Source: Thermoplasmata archaeon (lineage in GTDB: Archaea; Thermoplasmatota; Thermoplasmata; GCA-020350865). From it: a DNA stretch of 64,000 bases. The notes beneath the pieces are model-generated. The model worked only from the letters and a program-made list of their open reading frames with translations, did no database searches and had not been told where the DNA came from. The position numbers were made by a program, and so were the translations under genes. Numbering within the stretch: the stretch's first letter is position 1; each line of letters starts with the position of its first letter. Shown piece after piece: positions 1 through 9,299 of the stretch. The DNA lies in contig CP070751.1 of the NCBI GenBank assembly GCA_020348445.1, forward strand, positions 254,006 to 318,005, read 5' to 3'.

Positions 1-1
1 C

Positions 2-184
2 ATAGCGGACGGAATTGTTCTCATGGCGAACCTCCAAAGAAGAGGTGATCTGCTCAGAACCTTGCAGGTTGTGAAGATGCGTGGGACGATGCATTCCAGG
101 GCAAAATATGTGCTGGATCTGACATCCGTTGGCGTGCTGTTGGTTCCCCTTTTAAAAGGTGGAAGTGTCCCAGGAGGGATTTAA
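2..184 (+). CDS. KaiC/RAD55-family RecA-superfamily ATPase, C-terminal fragment (5' end outside window)
   Basis: Own translation from nt 2: IADGIVLMANLQRRGDLLRTLQVVKMRGTMHSRAKYVLDLTSVGVLLVPLLKGG...*. The D-G-I-V strand and R-x-L-x-V-x-K-M-R-G motif are typical of KaiC-domain C-termini. Confidence 0.8.
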   Translation: MADGIVLMANLQRRGDLLRTLQVVKMRGTMHSRAKYVLDLTSVGVLLVPLLKGGSVPGGI

Positions 185-205
185 ACGAGTTTAGCCAGTG
201 AGATA

Positions 206-754
206 GTGGGGAAATTAAGGGATTTACCCGAATCCTCAGCAGTGGCCATGGTCATAAAAGTCGATGACTACCTGGACGCTATGAGGGGCACAATGGACGC
301 CTTCCTCTTGGAGAAGGATCTATCAGCCATATACATAACATCCACAATCCCTTCACAATCAATAAAAAATGTTCTGACCATACTGGAAATAGAAATGAGC
401 AGGATCTACTTTGTCGACTGCATCTCCCATATAATGATGGGAACTGCTGTTAGGTCAGAACATGTGTCATTCGTTGAAAGCCCAACCATGCTTGAAAACA
501 TCATGCTCAAAGTCGAGTACCTTATGAGAAGTATAGAAGGTAAGAAGCTCGTTCTATTGGATTCCATCAACTCCCTTGCTATCCATAATAATACCAAGAT
601 CCTCTCGGAATTTCTACATATTCTGGTGAACAACTTGAGGGCAAAGGAGGCATATACACTTATTCTTTCAGTAGAGGAACAGTCTTCTGAGGAGATAAGT
701 AACATGCTCGGATTGGTATGTGACGAATCACTGAATTTTACGGAGACCAAATAG
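206..754 (+). CDS. Archaeal RecA-like-fold protein without Walker A (KaiC-associated, probably inactive)
   Basis: 182 aa with 'IYFVDCIS' and 'LVLLDSINSL' Walker-B-like strands, no GxxxxGK, sandwiched between two KaiC-like genes. GTG start. Confidence 0.55.
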   Translation: MGKLRDLPESSAVAMVIKVDDYLDAMRGTMDAFLLEKDLSAIYITSTIPSQSIKNVLTILEIEMSRIYFVDCISHIMMGTAVRSEHVSFVESPTMLENIMLKVEYLMRSIEGKKLVLLDSINSLAIHNNTKILSEFLHILVNNLRAKEAYTLILSVEEQSSEEISNMLGLVCDESLNFTETK

Positions 755-764
755 GTGAGCTCCC

Positions 765-1508
765 ATGGCAGTATACAGTACAGGTGTAAAGGTCTTGGAT
801 GAAACCCTTGGAGGCGGCCTACCTGTGGGATTCACCGCATTGGTTTCTGGTTCCCCAGGTGCAGGAATGGAGCTTCTGGCAAAACAGTTCGCCTCAGGGG
901 GTAAGGATACCAAGAACATAGTCTATGTGTCCACAACTGAACGAAACGAGGATGTGCTCGCCACAATGAAACGACTTGGATGGACACAGGATCTGAACAT
1001 CATCAATGTGGGCACACGCTACTATGAGAACGTACTTGCCAGGAAATTGGAGGTCAGCAAATACAGGTACGAAGGCCTTACCAGGGAAGATATCGATGCC
1101 CTCATTCACGGAGCAGAGTCTGAAAGGACTGAGAATTTTCTCAGTAATTTGACGTACGAGGTTTCCAGACTAGAGCCGCCTTTTAGACTGGTAATCGATT
1201 CATTGGATTTCTTTTTAGAGCAGCATCAACACACAGATGTGATTTCTGCTCTGAGAATGATCAAAGCCCATGTTCAGCACAGCGAAAGTGTGGCTTTCTT
1301 CACACTACAGAAGGATGTGTATGAGAAAAGAACGTACAGTGGAATAGAAGGTGTGGTTGACTGCATCATGGAATTGGATACATGGATCGAAAAGGCGGCA
1401 TTCAAACGAATCCTCGTAATCAAGAAACTTCGAAACCATCCTGAAAGAACCGGTGCCTTCCATTATACCATTGGTGATCAGGGTATAGCGATTGTTAAAT
1501 CTGTCTGA
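765..1508 (+). CDS. KaiC/RAD55-like ATPase-family protein with degenerate Walker A
   Basis: STGVKVLDETLGGGLP N-terminus, GSPGAGMEL in place of GxPGxGKT, Walker B RLVIDSLD, C-terminal VIKKLRNH. GGTGAG SD at 754-759. Confidence 0.8.
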   Translation: MAVYSTGVKVLDETLGGGLPVGFTALVSGSPGAGMELLAKQFASGGKDTKNIVYVSTTERNEDVLATMKRLGWTQDLNIINVGTRYYENVLARKLEVSKYRYEGLTREDIDALIHGAESERTENFLSNLTYEVSRLEPPFRLVIDSLDFFLEQHQHTDVISALRMIKAHVQHSESVAFFTLQKDVYEKRTYSGIEGVVDCIMELDTWIEKAAFKRILVIKKLRNHPERTGAFHYTIGDQGIAIVKSV

Positions 1509-1554
1509 TATCTTCTCCATAACTTTTATAACTACGCAGAGATTTTCATGTAGC

Positions 1555-2406
1555 ATGAAAGTCGTAATTCCGGCTGCGGGATTGGGTACAAGACTTTTAC
1601 CTGCGACAAAGGCACAACCCAAGGAGATGCTTCCTGTTGTGGACAAACCTGCAATTCAGTATGTTGTAGAGGAAGCAGTGGCATCTGGTATCAAAGATAT
1701 CTTAATCATAACAGGAAGGGGAAAAAGGGCAATCGAGGATCATTTCGATAAATCTGTGGAACTGGAACAGATTCTTGAAAAAGGGGGCAAATCCTCGGAG
1801 TTAGAGGAGATTAAACAGATTTCAGACATGGCGAATATATTCTATATAAGACAAAAGGAGCAGCTTGGACTGGGGCACGCTGTTCTCTGCGCCAAGAACC
1901 ACATCAACGAGGAAGCCTTTGCAGTAATGCTGGGTGATGATCTGATAGTCAATGATAAACCTGCAATCAAGCAGCTGCTCGATGTTTTCGCGCGTCTGAA
2001 TTGTTCAATAGTTGCTGTAGAACCAATCCCAAAAGATAAGGTACACAGGTACGGGGTGATCAAAGGTTCACAGGTTGAAGATGGGTTATATGAAATTGAG
2101 GATATCATCGAGAAGCCCTCAAAAGAAGAGGCTCCATCCAACATAGCAACTATAGGAAGATATGTGTTTACACCGAGAATCTTCGAATGCCTTGAGAACA
2201 CGAAGCCTGGATATGGCGGTGAGATCCAGCTTACAGATGCAATCAAACTTCTTCTCTCCTCTGAAAAGGTATATGCCTATGAATTTTCGGGAACAAGATA
2301 CGATATAGGAACAAAAGAAGATTGGATTCGGGCGACTGTGGAACTGGCACTTAAACGCAAGGATCTTATGGCTAAAATCTGTCAATTTTTAGAAGAGATT
2401 GAATGA
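1555..2406 (+). CDS. galU: UTP--glucose-1-phosphate uridylyltransferase
   Basis: MKVVIPAAGLGTRLLPATKAQPKEMLPVVDKP, GLGHAV, GEIQLTDAI. True start is ATG 1555 (track start 1492 is an upstream extension). Confidence 0.93.
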   Translation: MKVVIPAAGLGTRLLPATKAQPKEMLPVVDKPAIQYVVEEAVASGIKDILIITGRGKRAIEDHFDKSVELEQILEKGGKSSELEEIKQISDMANIFYIRQKEQLGLGHAVLCAKNHINEEAFAVMLGDDLIVNDKPAIKQLLDVFARLNCSIVAVEPIPKDKVHRYGVIKGSQVEDGLYEIEDIIEKPSKEEAPSNIATIGRYVFTPRIFECLENTKPGYGGEIQLTDAIKLLLSSEKVYAYEFSGTRYDIGTKEDWIRATVELALKRKDLMAKICQFLEEIE

Positions 2407-2418
2407 GTATGGGCTGTG

Positions 2419-2922
2419 TTATTTACTAATTTCGTAAACTATGTGCCCTAATTCAGGTAAGATCAATTTTTCCATGGCCAGTCTACATGCATTCGTGGAA
2501 CCAGGTAAGCAGAATATTATTTTCCCCTTACTTACGCCTGCAATGGCCCTGCTCAAGATTGCGGGACTGTCAACCTCCTTGTAGCTGAGGTGTCGAAACA
2601 ACTCACCGAATCCCACGAGCTCCTTTTCCAAAAAAGGCTTTAATGCTTCAATTGTCACGTCCGATTTACCTATACCTGTGCCCCCATTAAGAATAATGGC
2701 CTGTACGCCCTCTTTTTCAATTGTGTGTTCCAGAGACTGTGAGATCAGTGAGATATCGTCTGGAATAACCTCATAGTATAAAACAGTATGTCCATTACCC
2801 TCAAGAAGACTGATTATTGTTTTTCCTGAGCCATCATTTTCTTTTGTCCTTGTGGTGCTTACTGTGATCACTGCACAGTTTATGGATTTGAGTGCATGTT
2901 TTTTATGTTCTTCCACTCCCAC
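2419..2922 (-). CDS. moaB: Molybdopterin adenylyltransferase, MoaB/MogA family
   Basis: AVITVS..., D-x-SG, GGTGIGKSDVT, GFGELFR, LSRAIAG, FCLPGS motifs. Confidence 0.9.
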   Translation of the reverse strand: MGVEEHKKHALKSINCAVITVSTTRTKENDGSGKTIISLLEGNGHTVLYYEVIPDDISLISQSLEHTIEKEGVQAIILNGGTGIGKSDVTIEALKPFLEKELVGFGELFRHLSYKEVDSPAILSRAIAGVSKGKIIFCLPGSTNACRLAMEKLILPELGHIVYEISK

Positions 2923-2926
2923 ATAA

Positions 2927-3361
2927 TCACAACTTCTGCTTTGATATTACCCTAATTTTACCTATATTTGTTGTGGGGTACTGACCATGTTCATCCTTTT
3001 CAAGATATTTTACCATGTCCCATATTGTGAGAAGGGCCACGGAAACACCAACCAAACTTTCCATCTCAACACCTGTGGTGTAATGGGCCGAAACCGTACA
3101 TTCGCATACAATGATATCCTCACCCAGATCAAGCGATACATCCACAGAATTTATTGGTATAGGATGGCATAATGGTATGAGATTGGGAGTATTTTTTACA
3201 GCCAGTATAGCAGATGTCTTGGCTGTGTTTAACACATCCCCCTTTTTTATGTTATTTTCTTTTATAGCGGATATCGTGTTCTTCTTCAGCTTCAGTTCAC
3301 CTTTGGCCTTGGCCATTCTAGGGGAAGCCTCCTTATCGCTTATGTCCACCATCTTTGTCAT
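2927..3361 (-). CDS. moaC: Cyclic pyranopterin monophosphate synthase
   Basis: MVDISDK, KKGDVL, LIPLCHPI, TGVEMESLVGVSVALLTIWDMVK. Confidence 0.93.
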   Translation of the reverse strand: MTKMVDISDKEASPRMAKAKGELKLKKNTISAIKENNIKKGDVLNTAKTSAILAVKNTPNLIPLCHPIPINSVDVSLDLGEDIIVCECTVSAHYTTGVEMESLVGVSVALLTIWDMVKYLEKDEHGQYPTTNIGKIRVISKQKL

Positions 3362-3363
3362 AT

Positions 3364-3813
3364 TTACTGGCCCCCTGTCCTTCCCTCACCAACCCAATAC
3401 TCCTTTTCTTCAGTGACCTCTTTCTTCCATATGGGAACGATCTTCTTAAGCTCGTCTATTGCGTACTCGCACGCAGAAAACGCCTCCTTTCTATGGGAGG
3501 CAGAAACAGCGATTAGAACGATTTTTTCTTTGGGTGTTAGGGTACCGGTTCTATGTATGATATGCATATCTTGAATGTCGTAATTTGAAAGGGCATGTGC
3601 CCTGATTTCTTCCATCTTTGAAAGGGCCATTTTATTGTAGGTTTCATATTCTAGTTGCTTAACCTCCAATAGTCCCTTATTTTGATTCGCCAAAGTATTG
3701 TCAGTTACACCTCTTACTGTTCCAATAAAGGACACCACAGCTCCCACATTCTCGTTTCTCAATCCCTCTAATATCTCGTTTACATCGAAGTCCCGCTCTC
3801 TGATTTCAATCAA
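3364..3813 (-). CDS. moaE: Molybdopterin synthase catalytic subunit
   Basis: GAVVSFIGTVR, LEYETY, IIHRTG, SASHRKEAF, ELKKIVPIWKKE. TTG start with GGAGG inside the moaD end. Confidence 0.92.
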   Translation of the reverse strand: MIEIRERDFDVNEILEGLRNENVGAVVSFIGTVRGVTDNTLANQNKGLLEVKQLEYETYNKMALSKMEEIRAHALSNYDIQDMHIIHRTGTLTPKEKIVLIAVSASHRKEAFSACEYAIDELKKIVPIWKKEVTEEKEYWVGEGRTGGQ

Positions 3814-3816
3814 TTC

Positions 3817-4062
3817 TCAACCTCCGCTCACAGGTGGCAAAAGGGCCACCTCATCCCCATCTTTTAACTTCGTGTCATAAGTTGCATATTCCCAATTTAC
3901 TGAGATCACAAGGGTTTCAGTTAACTCCCCCAATTTTGGATGCTTCTCTTTGATCACATCCAACAAAAAGGACACATCTGCCCCTTCCTTTAGCGAGATA
4001 TCAACCTCATCTATACCTATTGCCTCTTTATAACCTGCAAAGAATTTTACTTTGACATTCAG
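3817..4062 (-). CDS. moaD: Molybdopterin synthase sulfur carrier / ubiquitin-like SAMP (81 aa), not in ORF track
   Basis: Own translation: (M)NVKVKFFAGYKEAIGIDEVDISLKEGADVSFLLDVIKEKHPKLGELTETLVISVNWEYATYDTKLKDGDEVALLPPVSGG*. C-terminal diglycine. Putative CTG start 7 nt after GGAGG. Confidence 0.9.
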   Translation of the reverse strand: MNVKVKFFAGYKEAIGIDEVDISLKEGADVSFLLDVIKEKHPKLGELTETLVISVNWEYATYDTKLKDGDEVALLPPVSGG

Positions 4063-4063
4063 G

Positions 4064-5005
4064 TTAAGCCCTCCAGTAAGGTTCTTTTAAGAGTATCGCT
4101 TTTTTGAACATATTCATAAGTTCTTCATCTTCAGCACCATTTCTAATGGAATCGATTATGTTTATATGATTGTCGTTTATCAGAAGGCAGGGTTTCAACT
4201 CTCCAGTTGATGTTACCCTAAGTCTTGTGCAGTTTTCACAGAATTTGGAATTGTGCATACCGCGCACGATCTCAACCTCGGCTGTGCCGTTGTTCTCAGA
4301 AGGTAAAATGTACTTCTTTCTCCGCTGCATATTTCTTTGTCTTACCTCGCAGGCCCTGTTGTTCAGTTCTTCTTCCATTTCACACAAATCAAAGTGATAC
4401 CTTTTGAAAAAAGAACTGTTAGCACCTTCGCAGGAGCTTTCGAACTCGATAAGTTGGAGAATTGCCCCAACCTTGGATGCAAACTCAATTGCCTGGGGAA
4501 TATGATGATCGTTTATTCCTTTCAGAACGACCATATTGAGTTTAACTGGAGTTAAGCCGGCATTTTGCGCTGCACAAACGCCATCTCTCACATCATCAAA
4601 CACATCGCTTTTAGTAATTCTTTGGAAGGTATTTGGCTCTGGCGCATCAAAGCTTATGTTCACCCTGTTTAATCCCGCTTTTCTTAACTCATCCGCGTAC
4701 TCACTCAAAAGGACTCCGTTTGTGGTCATTGAAACCTCTTTCATATGTTTTGCAGTCCTCCCTACAATATCTATTATGTCCCTTCGCAATAGAGGCTCTC
4801 CACCAGTGATCTTCAATTTCTCTATTCCCACTTTACTTGCTATCTCGGCGATCTTTCCGATCTCCTCGGGTTTCATGTGTCCATTTCCAATAAAATGCCC
4901 ATCCTCACCCTCATGATGGCAGTAGAAACAGTCCAGGTTGCATTGCTGGGTAACTGAAATCCGCATGTTGTTTATCTGCCTCCCGTACCTGTCGAGCATC
5001 GACAT
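4064..5005 (-). CDS. moaA: GTP 3',8-cyclase (radical SAM)
   Basis: LDRYGR, RISVTQQCNLDCFYCHHEG (CxxxCxxC), TGGEPLLR, FCENCTRLRVTSTGELKPCL. Confidence 0.95.
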   Translation of the reverse strand: MSMLDRYGRQINNMRISVTQQCNLDCFYCHHEGEDGHFIGNGHMKPEEIGKIAEIASKVGIEKLKITGGEPLLRRDIIDIVGRTAKHMKEVSMTTNGVLLSEYADELRKAGLNRVNISFDAPEPNTFQRITKSDVFDDVRDGVCAAQNAGLTPVKLNMVVLKGINDHHIPQAIEFASKVGAILQLIEFESSCEGANSSFFKRYHFDLCEMEEELNNRACEVRQRNMQRRKKYILPSENNGTAEVEIVRGMHNSKFCENCTRLRVTSTGELKPCLLINDNHINIIDSIRNGAEDEELMNMFKKAILLKEPYWRA

Positions 5006-5020
5006 GTATATTGAAGCATA

Positions 5021-5038
5021 ACGGTTTAAAGTTTATGG
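5021..5038 (-). promoter_or_regulatory. Putative TATA box (TTTAAA) for a leaderless moa operon transcript
   Basis: Minus strand ATAAACTTTAAACC about 20-25 nt upstream of the moaA start. No SD seen. Confidence 0.4.
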
Positions 5039-6313
5039 TTTTTGATTGTCCATACGTTCTTTGGGTTCTTTTTCTGATACCACATCGTCTTTCTTTCTGA
5101 AGAAGATATAAAAGGCTGCTGTTCCAACAACATAGAGACCAGCAGTGATAAAGAATGGGAGCTGCAGGTTCATTTCGAACAAATAACCTGCAATCAATGG
5201 AGTAAGTGCCCTTGTCCCGTTGAAGCTGAAATTGACGCTGCTTAAAGTGAAGCTCCTATGCTCATCTGGCATTTGACTTAGGGAGTAGGACTGGGATACA
5301 GGCCAGGTCATATTCATGAGAATCATACGGGTCATATAAGGGATGGTAACAAAGAGAAAGTTCGGGGATACAGGAATCCCGAGCAAAGCGATTATCGCGG
5401 CAACCTGGACAGTTGTAATGGCCCTGACGCTGCCTCTTTTTTCGGCGATATTTGGCATTACCAGGTATGAAAACGCCCATATATATTGCGTGACAGACCA
5501 TAATATACCGATGTCCTCCACTCTTGTGTCGAAGCGCCATTGGAACCAGACCTGGAAAAACGGTACTATAAGGCCAGCTCCTAGACCAAATAGCGCCATT
5601 GGAATGCACAACTTAACGAGGGTGAGCTTGGGTAATTCTGGTTTATCATTGTCCTTTTGGACGTCCTCGATTGGGCCATCCTTCTCCTCGAAAGATGTTT
5701 TCTTAGTGAGAACGATGGGAACAAGCTGATACAAGGTGAAGGCAAGGCCTATGAAAAACACCAATCTATAACCGTTTTGAACTGTCACACCAAAAAAATT
5801 GCTGAGGGCCTCGGGCATGAATCCATAGAAAAGCACGGCTGAAGCAGAGGCAAGCATGCTGGCAAACATCTGAAATCCAAAAAGAAACTTACAGCGCTTC
5901 ATCTCTGTCTTCTCTGATAGAAAACTCATAAACGCGGGTATGTAAAGTGCATGACCAAAACCCCAAACTGCTGCACCTACATAGAATTCTGAAAGGGTAT
6001 TAGCTTGGATTAGCAACCATATTCCTGCAGAATATATACAAATGCCCAAGAAGATCATTTTCCTTCTTCCGAAACGGTCACCCAGATAGCCTGCCGGAAG
6101 TAGTGGCAATACCTGAAAAATACTCATGATAAATATTAGAGTTCCAATTTCTGATCTTGAATATTCAAGATGATTGACATAAAGCGTAAGCAGAAACCAG
6201 AGGGTGGCATCGCCTACAGCAGAAAGAAATGAGGCGTAAATCAGCTTCTTAGCGTCTGGTTCGAAGCCACGAAAGTCTTTGAAAAACTCCCCTACCCTGC
6301 TCGCCATGTCCAT
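5033..6313 (-). CDS. Major facilitator superfamily transporter
   Basis: 426 aa, ~12 hydrophobic segments, MFS motif A 'GYLGDRFGRRK', second-half 'IAEKRGSVR'. Confidence 0.88.
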   Translation of the reverse strand: MDMASRVGEFFKDFRGFEPDAKKLIYASFLSAVGDATLWFLLTLYVNHLEYSRSEIGTLIFIMSIFQVLPLLPAGYLGDRFGRRKMIFLGICIYSAGIWLLIQANTLSEFYVGAAVWGFGHALYIPAFMSFLSEKTEMKRCKFLFGFQMFASMLASASAVLFYGFMPEALSNFFGVTVQNGYRLVFFIGLAFTLYQLVPIVLTKKTSFEEKDGPIEDVQKDNDKPELPKLTLVKLCIPMALFGLGAGLIVPFFQVWFQWRFDTRVEDIGILWSVTQYIWAFSYLVMPNIAEKRGSVRAITTVQVAAIIALLGIPVSPNFLFVTIPYMTRMILMNMTWPVSQSYSLSQMPDEHRSFTLSSVNFSFNGTRALTPLIAGYLFEMNLQLPFFITAGLYVVGTAAFYIFFRKKDDVVSEKEPKERMDNQKP

Positions 6314-6355
6314 GGGGTAAAATGTAATGACTAATTAAGGTTAGCCAAGAGAAAA

Positions 6356-7252
6356 TCAAAGTGACTTCGTGAACTCCTCCTTTTTTAGAAGAAGCTCCCA
6401 CTCCTTGTCTATATCTTTTTGGAATTTTTCCACCATATCAGATGGCATGTGTTTGAATCGCCCCTGAATCTTGAGATATTCTGTGATGGGTTTCTTTTTA
6501 GGCTTCTTGGAAATATTGTAAACTCCGTTTTCCACTTCATACAGAGGAAAAGCACAGGTCTGCACCGCAAGCTTCGCAACCTCCACGGATTTTCCCGGGG
6601 GCATTCTCCATCCTGTTGGACAGGGGGCAAATACATGAATGTACTTCGGGCCTTTGATTCCTTTTGCCTTCGTCACCTTCTTAATAAGGTCCTCAGGGTA
6701 GCCAACTGAAGCTGTGGCTGTGTAGGGAATTTTATGGGCAACCATTATCTCCACCATGTTCTTCTTGGGTCCTTTCTTCCAGGCTTGTGTGTCGCCAACA
6801 GGTGTTGTGGTGGTCCATGCCCCTTCAGGGGTTCCAGAACTTCTCTGAATTCCGGTGTTCATGTAAGCTTCATTGTCATAGCAGACATAGATGAAATCAT
6901 GTCCCCTTTCAACTGCTCCGGACAGGGCCTGTATTCCAATATCAAGCGTACCTCCATCGCCTGCCCAACCAAGGACATTCACATCCTCGATTTCAAGTGC
7001 GTCTAGGGCCGCTCTTATTCCGGAGATCGAAGCACCTGTAACCTCGAAGGCGGTATTGACCATGGGAACTCGAAGGCAGGTATTTGGGAAGATACCGCTT
7101 AGAATGGCCCAGCAGCAAGCAGGAACGCTGACGATGGTTCTCTTACCAAGGCCCTTAAGAACATACCTCATGGCCAGGGCGCCTCCACAGCCAAGGCATC
7201 CCATGTGCCCAGGGATCATTAATTCCTCTTCAGGTATTGTGAGCTTTGCCAT
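6356..7252 (-). CDS. porB: Pyruvate/2-ketoisovalerate:ferredoxin oxidoreductase beta subunit (TPP-binding)
   Basis: GCLGCG, PACC, GDGGTLDIG...DNEAYMNTGIQRS TPP motif, APCPTGW. Confidence 0.92.
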   Translation of the reverse strand: MAKLTIPEEELMIPGHMGCLGCGGALAMRYVLKGLGKRTIVSVPACCWAILSGIFPNTCLRVPMVNTAFEVTGASISGIRAALDALEIEDVNVLGWAGDGGTLDIGIQALSGAVERGHDFIYVCYDNEAYMNTGIQRSSGTPEGAWTTTTPVGDTQAWKKGPKKNMVEIMVAHKIPYTATASVGYPEDLIKKVTKAKGIKGPKYIHVFAPCPTGWRMPPGKSVEVAKLAVQTCAFPLYEVENGVYNISKKPKKKPITEYLKIQGRFKHMPSDMVEKFQKDIDKEWELLLKKEEFTKSL

Positions 7253-8440
7253 CTAGTCACCCCCTTCCTTTAGTTCGATCCATTCGATCTCCTGGTCAAG
7301 CTCTCCCTTGTCCTTGAGACTTATGGCATTGTTCAGAATTCCCGAAACGGTGTCTGGTGTTACATCCCTGCCTCCAATCCCAACAACATAATTCTTAATA
7401 AGTGGCTTGTCAGGAACGTTGTACAAGGCTCCCGCGGTTTCTGCAAAGAAGGCCCCGCCATAACCAAAGGAATAGCTCCTGTCAAGCACACCAATAACAT
7501 CCACGCTCTCTGCCAGCTCCCTTACCTCTTTCACTGGAAACGGTCTGAAAACCCTCAGCCTGGCCAGACCCACTTTTACTCCCTTGTCTCGATACCAATC
7601 CACAACCTCTCTAATGGTTGAGGCCATGGTACCAGCTGCAATCAAAACAACCTCTGCATCGTCGCAACGGTATGTATCTAAAAGACCGCCGTGGCTTCTT
7701 CCAAATATCTTTTTGAATTCTGCTTCAGTCTCGAGGATTTTCTCCCTAGCTTTTTCCATGGACAAGGAAATCTGGTATCTCCATTCCATGTAGAACTGAT
7801 GCGGAAAGGATAATGAGCCAAATAGATGGGGATCTTCAACATCGAACTTGTACGGCGGGTCAAATGAAGGAAGGAATTTGTCCACCTCATCCTGATCTGG
7901 AATGTCCACAGTCTCGTAGGTGTGTGATAGATAGAACGCATCCAGTGTCAGAAATGAAGGTAAAAGCACATCCCTGCTTTCTCCAACCTTATAGGCCGTG
8001 ATTATGGTATCAAGGACCTCCTGATTACTTTCACAGTAGTACTGGATCCAGCCAGTATCCCTCTGTGCCACTGAATCCAGATGATCTGCCCAAACACTCC
8101 AGGGTGGTGCCATGGCTCTGTTGACATTCGTCATCAAAACAGGGGTCCTGGCCCCAGAGGCCCAAATCAGCATCTCATGCATTAGTGTAAGCCCGTGAGC
8201 CGATGTTGCTGTAAAGGTTCTGGCTCCTGTCTGAGATGCTGTGATGCATGCCGCCATTGCAGAATGTTCGCTTTCAACCTTGATATACTGGGCTTCCATC
8301 TCTCCTGATGCCACGAACTCGGCGATTTTTTCCACAACACTTGTTTGTGGGGTAATGGGATATGCAGCTATAACTTGGGCCCTGGCCAATTTTGCACCGT
8401 AAGAGGATGCGTAGTTGCCTGTAATTACCTTTTTAACCAA
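7253..8440 (-). CDS. porA: 2-oxoacid:ferredoxin oxidoreductase alpha subunit
   Basis: AAYPITPQT, ESEHSAM, TATSAHGL, NRAMAPPWSVWADH, GGRD. Confidence 0.93.
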   Translation of the reverse strand: MVKKVITGNYASSYGAKLARAQVIAAYPITPQTSVVEKIAEFVASGEMEAQYIKVESEHSAMAACITASQTGARTFTATSAHGLTLMHEMLIWASGARTPVLMTNVNRAMAPPWSVWADHLDSVAQRDTGWIQYYCESNQEVLDTIITAYKVGESRDVLLPSFLTLDAFYLSHTYETVDIPDQDEVDKFLPSFDPPYKFDVEDPHLFGSLSFPHQFYMEWRYQISLSMEKAREKILETEAEFKKIFGRSHGGLLDTYRCDDAEVVLIAAGTMASTIREVVDWYRDKGVKVGLARLRVFRPFPVKEVRELAESVDVIGVLDRSYSFGYGGAFFAETAGALYNVPDKPLIKNYVVGIGGRDVTPDTVSGILNNAISLKDKGELDQEIEWIELKEGGD

Positions 8441-8459
8441 TTAGATGCCTCCATAAGAG

Positions 8460-8744
8460 TTAATCCTCAATTGATTCCTCCACCATCTCGATGGCCTCTT
8501 TTGGACATTCGTTGGCACAGATGGCGCAACCTTTGCAGTGATCATAATCGATCTTCGGAACCTCTTTTAATTCATCATCGACGTCAATTGCGGCTTCTGG
8601 GCAGAATTTCCAGCAGATATAGCATTTATTGCATTTTTCCTCATCCAATATCGGTTTGTAGGTCCTCCATCCGCCTGTCATGTTCACCAAAGTGGTATCC
8701 CAGGTCATGGGAACACAGGGCAGGTCCTTATAACCCTTGAACAT
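8460..8744 (-). CDS. porD: 2-oxoacid:ferredoxin oxidoreductase delta subunit (2x[4Fe-4S])
   Basis: TGGWRTYKP, CNKCYICWKFCP and CKGCAICANECP. Confidence 0.93.
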   Translation of the reverse strand: MFKGYKDLPCVPMTWDTTLVNMTGGWRTYKPILDEEKCNKCYICWKFCPEAAIDVDDELKEVPKIDYDHCKGCAICANECPKEAIEMVEESIED

Positions 8745-9299
8745 CTATTCTCCCCCCATTAATACGCTTTCATAGGCCTCTTTTGCAGCCTCGGCATTTT
8801 CGTCTTTCTTGGCTGGAGCACTGTCGAGGATGCTTTCAACCAGTGATTCGATTTTTACAATCCCAGTGGCCTTGGCAAAGGCACCCAAAATGGCGGTATT
8901 CACAATCGGTGCTTCCCTGGAACCCAGGCCGTGCTTTACTGCAATTGCAGTTGCGTCCACGGTGGCGATTTTCCCTTTGATCCCATGAACCTCCTGGGGT
9001 TTTTTATCGGTGTTTATAAGGACCAAACCTCCCGCTTTTAGACCCTGTGTTACATCCACGGCCTTCAGAAGCGAGGCATCCATTACGATGACATGATCGG
9101 GCTCGTAGATCTGGGACTTTATCCTAACTGGTTTATCGTCCAATTTCGTGAATGCGGTCACTGGGGCTCCTCTTCTTTCTACTCCAAAGTATGGGAAGGC
9201 CTGAACGTCCTTGCCTTCTCTGAATGCCGCCATGGCCAGAAGATTGGAGGCAACGACGGCGCCTTGTCCTCCCCTACCGTGAAACCTAATTTCGATCAT
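8745..9299 (-). CDS. porC: 2-oxoacid:ferredoxin oxidoreductase gamma subunit
   Basis: [33 protein letters not shown]. Confidence 0.93.

Noticed and set aside
7250-8747. Pyrrolysine recoding at the TAG-ATG junctions
   Set aside because: TAG is used as an ordinary stop in many genes here (754, 18450, 21246, 26120, 35692, 41985) and no pyl genes are in the window.
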